Shown: positions 12,158-24,830, numbered from the whole stretch's first letter. The stretch: DNA of 63,407 nucleotides, filler included, from Octopus bimaculoides (GCF_001194135.2; 4 parts of 4 records of this genome joined end to end with filler, not necessarily neighbours in it), one strand, 5' to 3'. The notes: generated by a model not told the origin, from the sequence alone. Made by a program: numbers and translations.

Positions 12158-12937
12158 TATGTATATATATACGCATACATACATAAGTATATATATTATT
12201 ATGAGCAGTTTTATATCTCTTTATTATGAGCTTATGTGAATAAATATGTTTATGTAAATTTAAGTATTTCTGGCCGTAGCTCCTGGTGCTCAAAAGCTAT
12301 TTCTTTATGTATTTATTTACATATATAGTCCTGAATATAATCCACTGTATGTACTTGAATGTTTCATTTTAATAACTCCGAGGAAGCCATAGGATGATGT
12401 TGAAAGACACAACTCTGAGTGTAAAACTTCTCATAAAAGAAACACTTGTAAGCTACGGATGACAATTACATGACTTCTGTTCCTTAGTCATTCATTAATT
12501 TAAATACATATGCATACACACTATTATATATACATACACATACACATTATGTATATATATATATATATATATATTGTGTGTGTGTGTGTGTTCGTATGTG
12601 TGTGTATATGTGTGTGTGTGTTTGTGTGCATGTGTTTGTCTCTCAAACATCGCTTGACAACCGATGGTGGTGTGTTTACGTCCCTGTAAATTAGCAGCTC
12701 GGCAAAAGAGACCAATAGAATAAGTACTAGGCTTACAATGAATAAGTTCTGGCGCCGATTTGCTCCAGCCTAGCCGCAGTCAAATGACTGAAACAAGTAA
12801 AAGATTAAAAGAATATATTATATATGTGTGTATGTGGGTGGGTGTGTGTACATTCATGCATACACACACACTCACACTCATACTCACACACACTCACACA
12901 CGCGCACAGAGTGAGCTATTAATAGTAGCTATTATAA

Positions 12938-12969
<32 letters not shown>

Positions 12970-13817
12970 NNNNNNNNNNNNNNNNNNNNNNNNNNNNNNN
13001 NNNNNNNNNNNNNNNNNNNNNNNNNNNNNNNNNNNNNNNNNNNNNNNNNNNNNNNNNNNNNNNNNNNNNNNNNNNNNNNNNNNNNNNNNNNNNNNNNNNN
13101 NNNNNNNNNNNNNNNNNNNNNNNNNNNNNNNNNNNNNNNNNNNNNNNNNNNNNNNNNNNNNNNNNNNNNNNNNNNNNNNNNNNNNNNNNNNNNNNNNNNN
13201 NNNNNNNNNNNNNNNNNNNNNNNNNNNNNNNNNNNNNNNNNNNNNNNNNNNNNNNNNNNNNNNNNNNNNNNNNNNNNNNNNNNNNNNNNNNNNNNNNNNN
13301 NNNNNNNNNNNNNNNNNNNNNNNNNNNNNNNNNNNNNNNNNNNNNNNNNNNNNNNNNNNNNNNNNNNNNNNNNNNNNNNNNNNNNNNNNNNNNNNNNNNN
13401 NNNNNNNNNNNNNNNNNNNNNNNNNNNNNNNNNNNNNNNNNNNNNNNNNNNNNNNNNNNNNNNNNNNNNNNNNNNNNNNNNNNNNNNNNNNNNNNNNNNN
13501 NNNNNNNNNNNNNNNNNNNNNNNNNNNNNNNNNNNNNNNNNNNNNNNNNNNNNNNNNNNNNNNNNNNNNNNNNNNNNNNNNNNNNNNNNNNNNNNNNNNN
13601 NNNNNNNNNNNNNNNNNNNNNNNNNNNNNNNNNNNNNNNNNNNNNNNNNNNNNNNNNNNNNNNNNNNNNNNNNNNNNNNNNNNNNNNNNNNNNNNNNNNN
13701 NNNNNNNNNNNNNNNNNNNNNNNNNNNNNNNNNNNNNNNNNNNNNNNNNNNNNNNNNNNNNNNNNNNNNNNNNNNNNNNNNNNNNNNNNNNNNNNNNNNN
13801 NNNNNNNNNNNNNNNNC

Positions 13818-13945
13818 AAACAAAAAATACTTTGTTGTTGATGTTTAAATTTCAATGAAGGAGCCTTGAATCTAGGTTAGAAACCGATTCTTTCACTATT
13901 GGCAAGAAATCTTGAAATAAACTGAATAATGACATATATACATGC
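13818..13945 (+). mobile_element. 3' UTR end of the same R4/Dong-like family
   Basis: Matches 44760-44880 and ends in catacatac. Confidence 0.65.
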
Positions 13946-14499
13946 ATAATACATACATACGTGTAAATATATATATATATATATATATGCACAGTTTGTC
14001 TTCTCTATCTCAAATCATGTATGTATGTATGTATGGATGGATGGATGGATGGATGGATGGATGGATAATTCCCAAGATTCAAATGAATCAGATACTTAAA
14101 TAGTGGAGGTACCAAAGTCAGGTCAGTCATAACTTTATCCTATAAAAAATAGTTAAGGAAAAAATGCTCATTAAAGCAAACACAGATTTGAACTTCATTC
14201 ATACATACATTCACAAATGGCTGAATGAATACACAACGTGTCATCGAGGTCACACATGGGTACACTCAACTGGACTCTAGACCCAAACGAATTACAGGTT
14301 CCGACTTAGGTGAAGAATAAGCAAATAGCAACATATGGGTTTGTTCATCAATAAAGGACACGTCTGAAACAGCTGAAGTGAACCACAGTCTGTCTGTTAT
14401 TATATGTGTGTGCGTGTGAGTGCGCGCGCGTGCAGGTGCACACAGAGATGGAGAGAGAGAGAGAGAGAGAGAGAGAACTGAAATTGTATAGTTACATCA

Positions 14500-14603
14500 C
14501 AAGAAGCTCCGACGCACTCAGGGGCAGTTAAAGACCGAGAGAAATGGAGAAATCTTGTACGACGTCATCAGCGAATGCACCAACGACTACACGGTTATGA
14601 GAC
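14500..14603 (+). mobile_element. RTE-like LINE 3' end
   Basis: AVKDREKWRNLVRRHQR, the RTE-type DR..WR..V terminal motif. Confidence 0.5.
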
Positions 14604-14849
14604 TCTGTGTGTGTGTGGTTATGTGTGTATGTGCGTGTTTGTGTGTATGTGTGCGCGCGCGTCTGTATAAATATATATATATGTATATGTGCGTGTATGT
14701 GTGTGTATCCATATACATATACGTATATATATATATATGTATATACACACACACATATACACACATATATACACACACATACATATACATACATATACAC
14801 ACGAATATACACACATAAATACATACATATATGTATGTATGTGTGCATG

Positions 14850-14880
<31 letters not shown>

Positions 14881-14899
14881 TGATAATAATATTTTAGAC

Positions 14900-15139
14900 G
14901 ACGTATGGAGGGTTAGGCAAACAACTACACAGATGATTTGTTTATAGTGATCTCATAAACTCACTCTCTCCATCAAATCGACATTACCTGTACAGGTGTA
15001 CCATGTGCTACATATCAGATGTCGAAATGAACGCAGAGCAACGCGAAATGAAGTGTTTTGCTCTAGGACCACAATGCAATGCCCGGTCTGTGAATCGAAC
15101 CCACGATCTTGCCATCGTGAGTGCAACGCCCTAAGCCAT
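14900..15139 (-). mobile_element. SINE with the A'/E-type head and a third type of body
   Basis: catggcttagggcgttgcactc..gggttcgattcacagaccggg..gagcaaaacacttcatttcgcgttgctc. Confidence 0.6.
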
Positions 15140-15582
15140 GTTCACTTCAGCTTTTTCAGACGTGTTATATTTTATAGATGAACAAACCCATTTGTTGCTG
15201 TTTGTTCATTCATAAGTCGGAACCTGTAATTCGTTTGGATTTATAATCAACAGACAGCGGTACCAATAGGTGCAGTGAGTGTACCCATGTCTGACCTCCA
15301 TGATACGTTGTGTATTCAGTCAGCCATTTGTGAATGTATGGATAACTGAAATTCAAATCTGTGTTTACTTTAATGAGTACTTTTTCCTTAAATATTGTTT
15401 GTATACGATAACGTTTTGTCTGACCTAACTTTGGTACTTTCACTATTTAAGTACCTGATTCACTTGAATCCTGGGAATTATCCATCCATCCAACCATCCA
15501 CACATCCATTCATCCATCCATCCATCCATACATACATACATACATACATACATACATCCATACATACATACATACATACATG

Positions 15583-15976
15583 ATTTGGGATAGAGAAGAG
15601 AAACTGTGTACAGTTGTGTAAATTAGCTGCTCAGCAGACGTTAACATAAAGCTGGAGAATAGTGAAAAAGAGAATTACTACACTGAAGTATTGAGAAATC
15701 TGCAGTTACTCTATCCAAACTACAAGTTCAGGTTTATACCTGTAATTATTGGGGCCCTGGGTTAGGTAACACACTGCCTAAATACCAATCTTGAGAAATT
15801 AGGCTTCTCAAAACCAGAAAGGAAAAAGCTAATTCGAAGACTACAGATCCAATCCATTACTGGAACTGTAAGGATCTGTAAAACTTTACAGAAGTTTATC
15901 ATTTAAATATATATGAGCATGTCTAGATATACAAGTATATGCATGAAAATACATACATAAAACATACAAATCTGTA
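15583..15976 (+). mobile_element. R4/Dong-like (RLE) non-LTR retrotransposon 3' fragment
   Basis: IWDREEKLCTVV*ISCSADVN...FIPVIIGALG*VTHCLNTNLEKLGF...LQIQSITGTVRICKTLQKFII* (stop 15904-15906); flanked by (CATA)n on both sides. Confidence 0.85.
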
Positions 15977-15990
15977 CATACATACATACA

Positions 15991-16021
<31 letters not shown>

Positions 16022-16215
16022 GTAATACACTGCCTAAATACCAATCTTGAGAAATTAGTCTTCTCGATATATAGATCCAAGCTATCACAGGAACTGTAAA
16101 AATCTGTAAAACTTTCCAAAAGTTTATCATTTTAGTAAATATGAATATGATTAGATATGCAAGTATATGAATGAGAAGACATACATAAAACAAAACATAC
16201 AAATTTGCACGTATA
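16022..16215 (+). mobile_element. Second, shorter 3' fragment of the same R4/Dong-like family
   Basis: acactgcctaaataccaatcttgagaaattag...ggaactgtaaaaatctgtaaaacttt repeats 15771-15900; flanked by (CATA)n. Confidence 0.8.
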
Positions 16216-16335
16216 GACACATACACACATGCATACATACATACATACATCCATACATACATACACGCATGCATACATACATGCATGCATACATACATAT
16301 ATACATGCATTCATGCATACATAGATGCATGCATG

Positions 16336-16367
<32 letters not shown>

Positions 16368-16565
16368 CATTCGTACATAAATACATCCATACATACATAC
16401 TGCCATACATACATACATACTGCCATACATACATACACACATACATACATACATACATACATACATACATACATGCATGCATGCATACATACATACATAC
16501 ATACATACATACATGCATGCATGCATACATACATACATACATACATACATACATACATACATACA

Positions 16566-16595
<30 letters not shown>
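16216..16595. repeat. (CATA/CATG)n microsatellite
   Basis: Direct reading of the sequence. Confidence 0.95.
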
Positions 16596-16597
<2 letters not shown>

Positions 16598-17054
16598 AAG
16601 ACAATCGACCTAATAAGTCTCAGCACTTATAGAGTCAAAAGTACAATGTCGAAGCTCGGCTTTAGTGGCGAATTATTGACGATTGTTTCCTAAAATGTCT
16701 TTTTTACGAAGTAATATCAGTAATTGTGCAGAAATAAACGTCATAAATTACTGACTTCCTGTTTCATAATAGAATTTCGATCCATGGAGTATGCAGTCGA
16801 CTGACCCTTTGTAACCAGTAACTAAATTTCCCTCCTCTTGTATCACCCTCTCGCTGTGCTAAAAAAAATAATCAAAGACATATCGGATATTGTAGTGTTA
16901 TGTATAGTAAATACTGCGGAAAAGAATCCATGTATGATCATGACTGAATCACCTTTGACCACAGGTCTAAAATGTTTTATGTAGGACAAGTTAGAATACT
17001 TTTAAACTGGAACACACACCGATGAAAGAACCTCTACATAGTTGTTTGATTTAG

Positions 17055-17392
17055 ACTTCAACCGGGCTCTATATGGCCCCTGAGGGCCTATTTAAGCTTT
17101 TGGGGAGTCCACACAAGCAAAATAGTAAATTGGGCCCACAGTAGTATTTTAAGGGTAACTGAAAAAAGTTTTGCTTTATATGTATGTATTTTGTATGTAT
17201 TGCAAGAAACAGCTAGGTTTCTTTCTCTAACATTTTACTTAGATCAACCTACACAAGTTAATGTGTGATATACAAAATTGGAATTTTGAAAGAAGTTTCT
17301 ATAAAACTAGTTTTTAATCATCGAATGTCTACGAGGGTCCACCTGAATAAAATGGGAATCAATGGGGTCCATAGATTTTTTTTAATGGTTAG
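17055..17392. mobile_element. Degenerate copy of the same hAT MITE family as 27435-27989
   Basis: Shared blocks gggagtccac..agtaaattggg..agtattttaaggg and ttttgaaagaagt.tctataaaactagttttt. Confidence 0.6.
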
Positions 17393-17591
17393 CCTCTGAT
17401 TTAGACCGACATAGCAGGTATAAATGACCTTCAAGTGACAAACTACCGCCTTAAAAATGACATACTAGTCAATGTAGTCCCGGAATGTTCACTCTTGGAA
17501 CATCTTTGATGTAGTCCCGGAATTTCACTGTTGGAACATCTCCGATTGTGGTTCCGCTCGATTAGGGTCGATCTCTAGCTAAACAACAACA

Positions 17592-17662
<71 letters not shown>

Positions 17663-18254
17663 AGCAACGATTGTTTAGAACATTTTATCTTGATGTATAT
17701 ACCATGAGGAAGAAATGAACCTACATAACGAATAATTGAAATCTCACCAATAGTTCTGTAAAACACATTTAATTTGATAACATCACAATAGCTATGCATA
17801 GAACCAATTCATATTTTTCCAGTTAGAATCAGTGAGATATAAATGTTTACCGACTGTGACTAACGTACATCTATAATTTCCATAAATCAAGGTTATTGGA
17901 AACAAATGGCGAACTATCGACAAAATTTCGTGTAAGAAGTCGAGATTTAGTGAAAAGTTTAATGTGTATAGTTGTTTAAAGTAATGTTACTAGCTTGGCT
18001 GCTTTCTACGGAAATCGAACAGGATCTAATACAAAGGTTACTGCAACCAAGAAATAAATTTAGCGTTGAAAGTTGTGATAGAATTATATTTAGATCAACA
18101 GGTCTTTGAATTCTCGGCTATCGAAATGAATAAAAATTGTTTAAGACATTTAATTAGAAGAGAGGAATAATTATTTCGATGAACTTTTCTGAGTGAAGGA
18201 GACTATAACGATTCTTTGAAATATATGAAAGAAAAAAATAACCAAAGAAAAAAG

Positions 18255-18890
18255 CATTTTAATATAATTTTCCATAAGAGCATAGTGTGTATCCTATAGG
18301 ATACCACTTAACATCTTGTGGTCAGAATGTATAGTTGGTGCTGTCTTTCTTACTCTGTCTATAAAGGATATGTAAAATGTTCGGTGATTAAACAGTCTAT
18401 ACTAAAACAGCAAGTGTCACATTATTTCATTTTTCATACATATCTAGACAATTCTGTGGTGCTACTATTTCCTAACTCCTTAAGCTGCTCCTACGTTTGA
18501 AAAACTAAAAAACAGAATTTGAAACTGTCTTTGCATATACTTTTACAACATTTTTTGATTACCACTGTACTCATTTGAGATGTTACTTTCGCATCGTAGA
18601 TAATGGAATTGAGTGAATATTTGTCAATAAGTGGATAATTCTCCTTAATTTTGAAACCACATTCGGTTTGAATTATATTCTGGTTGTCTCTTCGGAATTT
18701 TACTGAATATTATGCTCGCAACACACCTGCGGCTTACATTGATGTAGGTTTTATTAAATGATTTGCAGTACTTGTGGTTGGTTCATTGGTTGGGAAGCGC
18801 TGTTTGATTGGGATTAAGATACTCCTGCTTACTTTAGATTCTACATCTTTTGCTAAAGTGTCAGTTAAACCAGATAATGAACTTCTTTCG
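18255..18890 (-). pseudogene. Penelope-like element ORF fragment (RT-EN linker and GIY-YIG region), decayed
   Basis: Minus-strand pieces with frameshifts: IIWFN, HKYCKSFNKTYINVS..CVASII, ENYPLIDKYSLNSIIYDAKVTS, STTELSRYV*KMK, TLCSYGKLYI. Their order matches Penelope IIWFNPP..HKIFN..CPL..C...IVY.A.V..STELSKYVW.LK..C.LC..EKL.I. Confidence 0.75.
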
Positions 18891-19079
18891 CTTTAAATAT
18901 CAGTGCTATGCTCACTTATGTACATATCCCTACACATTCTTATACATACATACACACACACATGCATGCATTTACATATGTGCGTGCGTGTGTTGGTGTG
19001 TGTATATGTGAGAGTGCATGTGTGTACATATATATATATATGTGAGAATGCGTACATTCCCCATCGCTACCTCTCTATA

Positions 19080-19345
19080 TACGGATACCCTCCTGTACAC
19101 GTACATACCACTCCGTCTTTTCTTCCCATCTTAACTGCCCCCCCACCCACCATAAAAACTGCATTACCTCCTGACCCTTGATCATTTTTCTTTGTCACCT
19201 CCTACTCTCCTTCTTTATATTTTACTCTTTCTCCTATTTCTCCGATGAAGAACCAGCCTCCGAAACGTCAAAGCTTTCCCTTCGTTTTAAGCGTTAAACT
19301 AATGCAATATTTGTTAGAGATCGACAGTCCTCTGTCGTCTTCATC
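19080..19345 (+). mobile_element. Probable Penelope-like pseudo-LTR relic with a decayed minimal hammerhead (19242-19273)
   Basis: Pyrimidine-rich leader followed by CCGATGA-agaaccagcctcc-GAAACGTC-aaag. GAAACGTC with a palindromic stem III is typical of minimal Penelope hammerheads. Confidence 0.45.
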
Positions 19346-20139
19346 CATTTGTGCGCGTGTGCTTGTATATGTATGTGTTTGTATATGTATATATACCTAC
19401 ACAAGCACATGTTTATATTTTATATATATATCATATATATCAACTATGTATGCCGTATTATCTATATATACAACAGTTACATCGTCTCTTTCAGGACGGC
19501 CACTTTATGTTGGCAAATAGCATTTACTTTATATATATATATTTACACACACATACATGTTCATACATATATACATATATGCATATATGTGCGTGTATGT
19601 CCTCACGCTTTTCAGTAACTATGTTATCAATGAGGGAAAATAGGAAAATATCAATTATAATTATGATACATTTGATGTTCGTGCCAGAAAACAGAAAGAA
19701 AGAAAAAGCAAGATGGAAATTTGACAAACTACAATCTGGAACTAAGAACTTTAATTTACCACAGAGATTTAATTTATTTAGTCTTACCATGCCAATATCT
19801 AACAAAACAACCGTACAAACGCACACATACATGCATACATAAATGGATACGTACTCCTCGGATACAAGCGCACATACATGTACACATAATAAATCAAAGA
19901 AGCTTACAAACAGAAACAAACGTCGAGCGTGGAGCATTAAAAATGCTATGATCAATAATAATTCCCCAGTCGTTGATCTTTTTCATGTGACTGATGTATA
20001 TGAGTGCATATCTATCTACATGCGCGTGTCTATGTGTGCGTGTGTGTTTGCGCGAGAGAATGTGTATGAGCATAAATGTACGCTTACGCACATGTGCAAA
20101 AATTTTGATGCATAGATAAAAGTCACACATATATATATA

Positions 20140-20410
20140 GACGCAAACAAACATATATATTTATGTATATATACACATATATACACATATATACATATAT
20201 ATACATATATACATATATATACATATATACATATATATACATATATATACAGATAGATGGATATATATAGATAGATATATATATATACATATATATCTGT
20301 ACATATATATCTGTACATATATACATATATATATACATATAAAGATATATACATATATATATACACAAATATATACATATATATATATATACATATATAT
20401 ACATATATAC

Positions 20411-20457
<47 letters not shown>
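20140..20457. repeat. (TA)n/(TATACA)n array running into a gap
   Basis: Direct reading of the sequence. Confidence 0.95.
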
Positions 20458-21264
20458 NNNNNNNNNNNNNNNNNNNNNNNNNNNNNNNNNNNNNNNNNNN
20501 NNNNNNNNNNNNNNNNNNNNNNNNNNNNNNNNNNNNNNNNNNNNNNNNNNNNNNNNNNNNNNNNNNNNNNNNNNNNNNNNNNNNNNNNNNNNNNNNNNNN
20601 NNNNNNNNNNNNNNNNNNNNNNNNNNNNNNNNNNNNNNNNNNNNNNNNNNNNNNNNNNNNNNNNNNNNNNNNNNNNNNNNNNNNNNNNNNNNNNNNNNNN
20701 NNNNNNNNNNNNNNNNNNNNNNNNNNNNNNNNNNNNNNNNNNNNNNNNNNNNNNNNNNNNNNNNNNNNNNNNNNNNNNNNNNNNNNNNNNNNNNNNNNNN
20801 NNNNNNNNNNNNNNNNNNNNNNNNNNNNNNNNNNNNNNNNNNNNNNNNNNNNNNNNNNNNNNNNNNNNNNNNNNNNNNNNNNNNNNNNNNNNNNNNNNNN
20901 NNNNNNNNNNNNNNNNNNNNNNNNNNNNNNNNNNNNNNNNNNNNNNNNNNNNNNNNNNNNNNNNNNNNNNNNNNNNNNNNNNNNNNNNNNNNNNNNNNNN
21001 NNNNNNNNNNNNNNNNNNNNNNNNNNNNNNNNNNNNNNNNNNNNNNNNNNNNNNNNNNNNNNNNNNNNNNNNNNNNNNNNNNNNNNNNNNNNNNNNNNNN
21101 NNNNNNNNNNNNNNNNNNNNNNNNNNNNNNNNNNNNNNNNNNNNNNNNNNNNNNNNNNNNNNNNNNNNNNNNNNNNNNNNNNNNNNNNNNNNNNNNNNNN
21201 NNNNNNNNNNNNNNNNNNNNNNNNNNNNNNNNNNNNNNNNNNNNNNNNNNNNNNNNNNNNNNNN

Positions 21265-21304
<40 letters not shown>

Positions 21305-21576
21305 GACGGGCTTCTTACAGTTTTCGTATACCAAATCCACTCACAAGGCTATGGTCGACCCGACGCTATAGTAGAAGATATTTGCCCGAGGTGCCATGCA
21401 GGGGGACTGAACCCGGAACCATGTGGCTAGGAAGCAACCTTCTGAGTGTATTTAGAGAGTGACTGAGGGAAAAGGAAATAGACAAACAGAGCAAGAGTCA
21501 CAAACAGATACCTATATACACACGTACTTACATACACACACATACATACATACATACATACATACATACATACATA

Positions 21577-22300
21577 CAATGCCGGTTCTAAGGTTAACTG
21601 ACGCCCACGAACAACCCTGAATTTCGGCGCCATTACAAGCGTTCTAATGTAGAATAATAGTAAAGGGAATGATTCAAACAGAACATAAAAATTTCAAATC
21701 CTTTCATTTGTACATTTCTGGCAATGAATCCGATACATTTTTATGACTAAACTCTGAGTGAAGGATGTGTGGATTAGAGAAAGTCCGAAAGATGTTATTG
21801 ATCCTGTGTACATGAAACGAATTTTCTCTTATGAATTAACGAACGTGAATAAAATAACAAATGCTGAAAAACATACATTATCCTAAATAAAACACATTTT
21901 TTCTCGACTTTAGATCTATAATACTTTTATAGCCACTTTTTAGACTTATCTTTTTTTTTTATTACAATGTTATTTTCTATTGACAAAATTGCCAAAGAAT
22001 TTAATCTGTCTTGTGTCATGGACGATCGTAAATATGTCTTTATGAGTTTTAGCTTACTAAAGCTTCTCTCTCTCGTGGCCACAGTTATAGGTGTCGTAAG
22101 CACTATTCTTAATGCAGCCCAGAGATTAGGCATGACATTTTGTAGCTTATTACTGTTGATAAATCTAACGGCTTCTGTTAGAAGCTTTACATCTCCAGGA
22201 AATAATTCTTTTTGCAATATCTAACTCAGTCAAGAGATCACATCCGTTAATATCACCTACGCAACATTTTAAAATAAGCTCGACTTCAGTCGATCTATTT
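21577..22300 (-). mobile_element. hAT transposon 3' remnant (C-terminal dimerisation domain plus terminus)
   Basis: ORF 21927-22217 reads PNLWAALRIVLTTPITVATRERSFSKLKLIKTYLRSSMTQDRLNSLAILSIE; hAT-like end caatgccggttctaagg at 21577. Confidence 0.85.
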
Positions 22301-22738
22301 TCAAGTTTCGTTTATATTTCATTTTTATTTCTTCTTTTTATATATTCTCTCCTTTGAAATATTTCGAAGTTATCAGACATATGACGTAAGACGTCCCTTG
22401 AACATAAATATATATATACATGCGTGCATACAAACAGACAGGCAAGTAGGCAAGCAGGCAAGCAGGGGAGACAGAGAGCAGCATTTACATATTCTATGTC
22501 AAAAAGAGAAATGGATGCAGAACGATAACATCGGTGCAAACAGCGTTTGAAACCCGCATCGTATAACGCATAAAAACACCCATTTTTAACAATAAAGGGA
22601 GAAACGAGTATTTGTTATATGTAAACAGTGGTGAAAAATATTAGTATTTTGAGATTAGGTGAAGAATACTTGGATAGGAATTTTGAGTTTATAGTTGTTC
22701 TTCACCCAAAGATAATTGGTCTGACTTACTTCAGCAGA

Positions 22739-23127
22739 AGTTGTTGTTGGCACTCTGTCACTTACGACGACGAGGGTTCCAATTGATCCGACCAACGGAA
22801 CAGCCTGCTCGTGAAATTAACGTGCAAGTGGCTGAGCACTCCACAGACACGTGTACCCTTAACGTAGTTCTCGGGAATATTCAGCGTGACACAATGTGAC
22901 AAGGCTGACCCTTTGAAATACAGGTACAACAGAAAGAGGAAGTAAGAGTGAGAGAAAGTTGTGGTGGAAGAGTACAGCATGGTTCGCCATCATCCCCTGC
23001 CGGAGCCTCGTGGAGCTTTAGGTGTTTTCGCTCAATAAACACTCACAACGCCCGGTCTGGGAATCGAAACCGCGATCCTGTGACCGCGAGTCCGCTGCCC
23101 TAAGCACTGGACCATTGCGCCTCCACC
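22739..23127 (-). mobile_element. Full-length SINE-A with TSD
   Basis: Highly similar to 9637-10033; 11-bp TSD acttcagcaga (22728-22738, 23128-23138). Confidence 0.9.
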
Positions 23128-23449
23128 ACTTCAGCAGACACTTAGCAAAGAAAAACACTCATCCCCTCTGCAAAAATGTATGCGTCGTGTGAATATATCT
23201 TTCAAGCTATAGAATATCCAAATTAATTGAGAAGGAAAGTAGCCCCTCCATGATATGTCATTAATACATCATATTCCAAATGAAAAGATATGCTTTCGCT
23301 ATTTAGGAATACAAGGTAGCAACTGAATATCTGATCAATACATATATAAAGGCGACGAGCTAGCAGAATCGTTATTGCACCGGACAAAATGCTTCCAAAA
23401 ATCCACGTTTTGGTATAATAATATTGATTATGCCAGACTAGCACGTGAA

Positions 23450-24000
23450 GTATCACCACATCCTCAGTAGTAGTTCCGCATATATCTAGAAGACTCTACC
23501 TTGCTGTGAGAATGACATTGTTGCTAGAACAATTTTCAATGCTAACTGCAGGAAAGAATGCCCTGACCGTCTTACCAAAAACACATCAGAACGAAAATAT
23601 ATCCATACCTTTAAAATTAAGGAATACTGAAGGTAGAACATTTCAGTAAAAGCAACAATCTGGCACAACAACAGAAAACTTAATTTTGTTTAATGGGGTA
23701 GGGACCAAAATTCATGCACTGTCGTAAAGGTCAGCTGTCTTTTAGATGTGAATGTATATCATCTGAAATTGTGAGTCGAATAAAAGAAGAATTATGATAA
23801 ACTGAGGTGAAACTCTCACTTCTGATGTGTACCTATTATCATCGATGTGCTAGGCTCTATAACAACATATTTTTATAAAAATCTAGAAAAGATAAAGTTT
23901 TCCAAGATGAAAACAAAAAAAGCAAAGCTGACTCGCTTCCAACAAATCTAAACGTTTAGTGATATTGTGAATTTTGTAAAACATTTCAAAAGATTCATTT
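23450..24000 (+). mobile_element. Older R4/Dong-like RLE fragment
   Basis: Frameshifted DIVARTIFNA, VKVSCLLDVN, CVPIIIDVLGSIT..KNLEKIKF, collinear with 15583-15906. Confidence 0.6.
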
Positions 24001-24027
24001 GAGTTTCCTGGGAAGATCATACACATA

Positions 24028-24730
24028 TCCAAGATCGGCTGTAAAGTTCATGGACTGACCAAGATACTTTCGTGGAATATGACCAGATGAGGTTTATTTT
24101 TCAATATAGTCCCCCTTTGTAAGGCGGCGAGCTGGCAGAAACGTTAGAATGCAGGGTGAAATGCTTAACAGTATTTCGTCTGCCGTTACGTTCTGAGTTC
24201 AAATTCCGCCGAAGTTGACTTTGCCTTTCATCCTTTCGGGGTCGATAAATTAAGTACCAGTTACGCACTGGGGTCGATGTAATCGACTTAATCCCTTTGT
24301 CTGTTCTTGTTTGTCCCCTCTATGTTTAACCCCTTGTGGGCAATAAAGAAATAAGAATCGTTAGCACGCCGGACGAAATGCATAGCGATATTTCGTCTGT
24401 TTTTACATTCTGAGACAAATTCCGCCGAGGTCAAATTTGCCTTTCATCCTTTCAGGGTCGATAAATTAAGTACCAGTTGCGTACTGCGGTCGATCTAATC
24501 GACTGGCCCCCTCCCTAAAAATTTCGGGCTTTGTGTAGACGCCCTTTGTGGTTCACACACGTCTTCCATCGACGTTGCAGTGTTTGTATCTCATTGGTGA
24601 TGAAGCTTTCATCTGTTGGTCATATAAGTCATCAACAGCAGATATGACATCATCATCACTGCGATACTCTTTCCCAGATTAGGGCTTTATTATGTTGGAG
24701 AACAAAAGATTAGTCAGATGGGGCACACAT
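24028..24730 (-). mobile_element. 3' end of the same mariner family, interrupted by a SINE-B dimer (24121-24541)
   Basis: TIR-like tcggctgtaaagttcatggactgacc; 24550-24700 resembles 32762-32900 (gaagctttcatc...tcatcaacagcagatatgac). Confidence 0.7.
24121..24541 (+). mobile_element. Tandem SINE-B dimer with a single candidate TSD
   Basis: aaggcggcgagctggcag..ctttcatcctttcggggtcgataaattaagtacc occurs twice; ccctttgt at 24113-24120 and 24542-24549. Confidence 0.8.
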
Positions 24731-24830
24731 GGTCATACGGTCTACAAACTCATATACACGTACATAAAAGGAATCTTTTACATGAAAGAAATTATATGTG
24801 ACAAGTATATCTGCACATTTACATACACAA

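Larger units (their letters stand above)
14017..15560. repeat. Long inverted repeat: arms ~14017-14383 and ~15140-15560
   Basis: ggataattcccaagattcaaatgaatcag...gtctgaaacagctgaagtgaac on + is mirrored by 15140-15482 on -, including the (ATGG)n/(TATG)n tracts; roughly 80% identity by eye. Confidence 0.85.

Noticed and set aside
17700-18250. Possible plus-strand Penelope RT remnant
   Set aside because: Only vague motif echoes; not supportable by eye.
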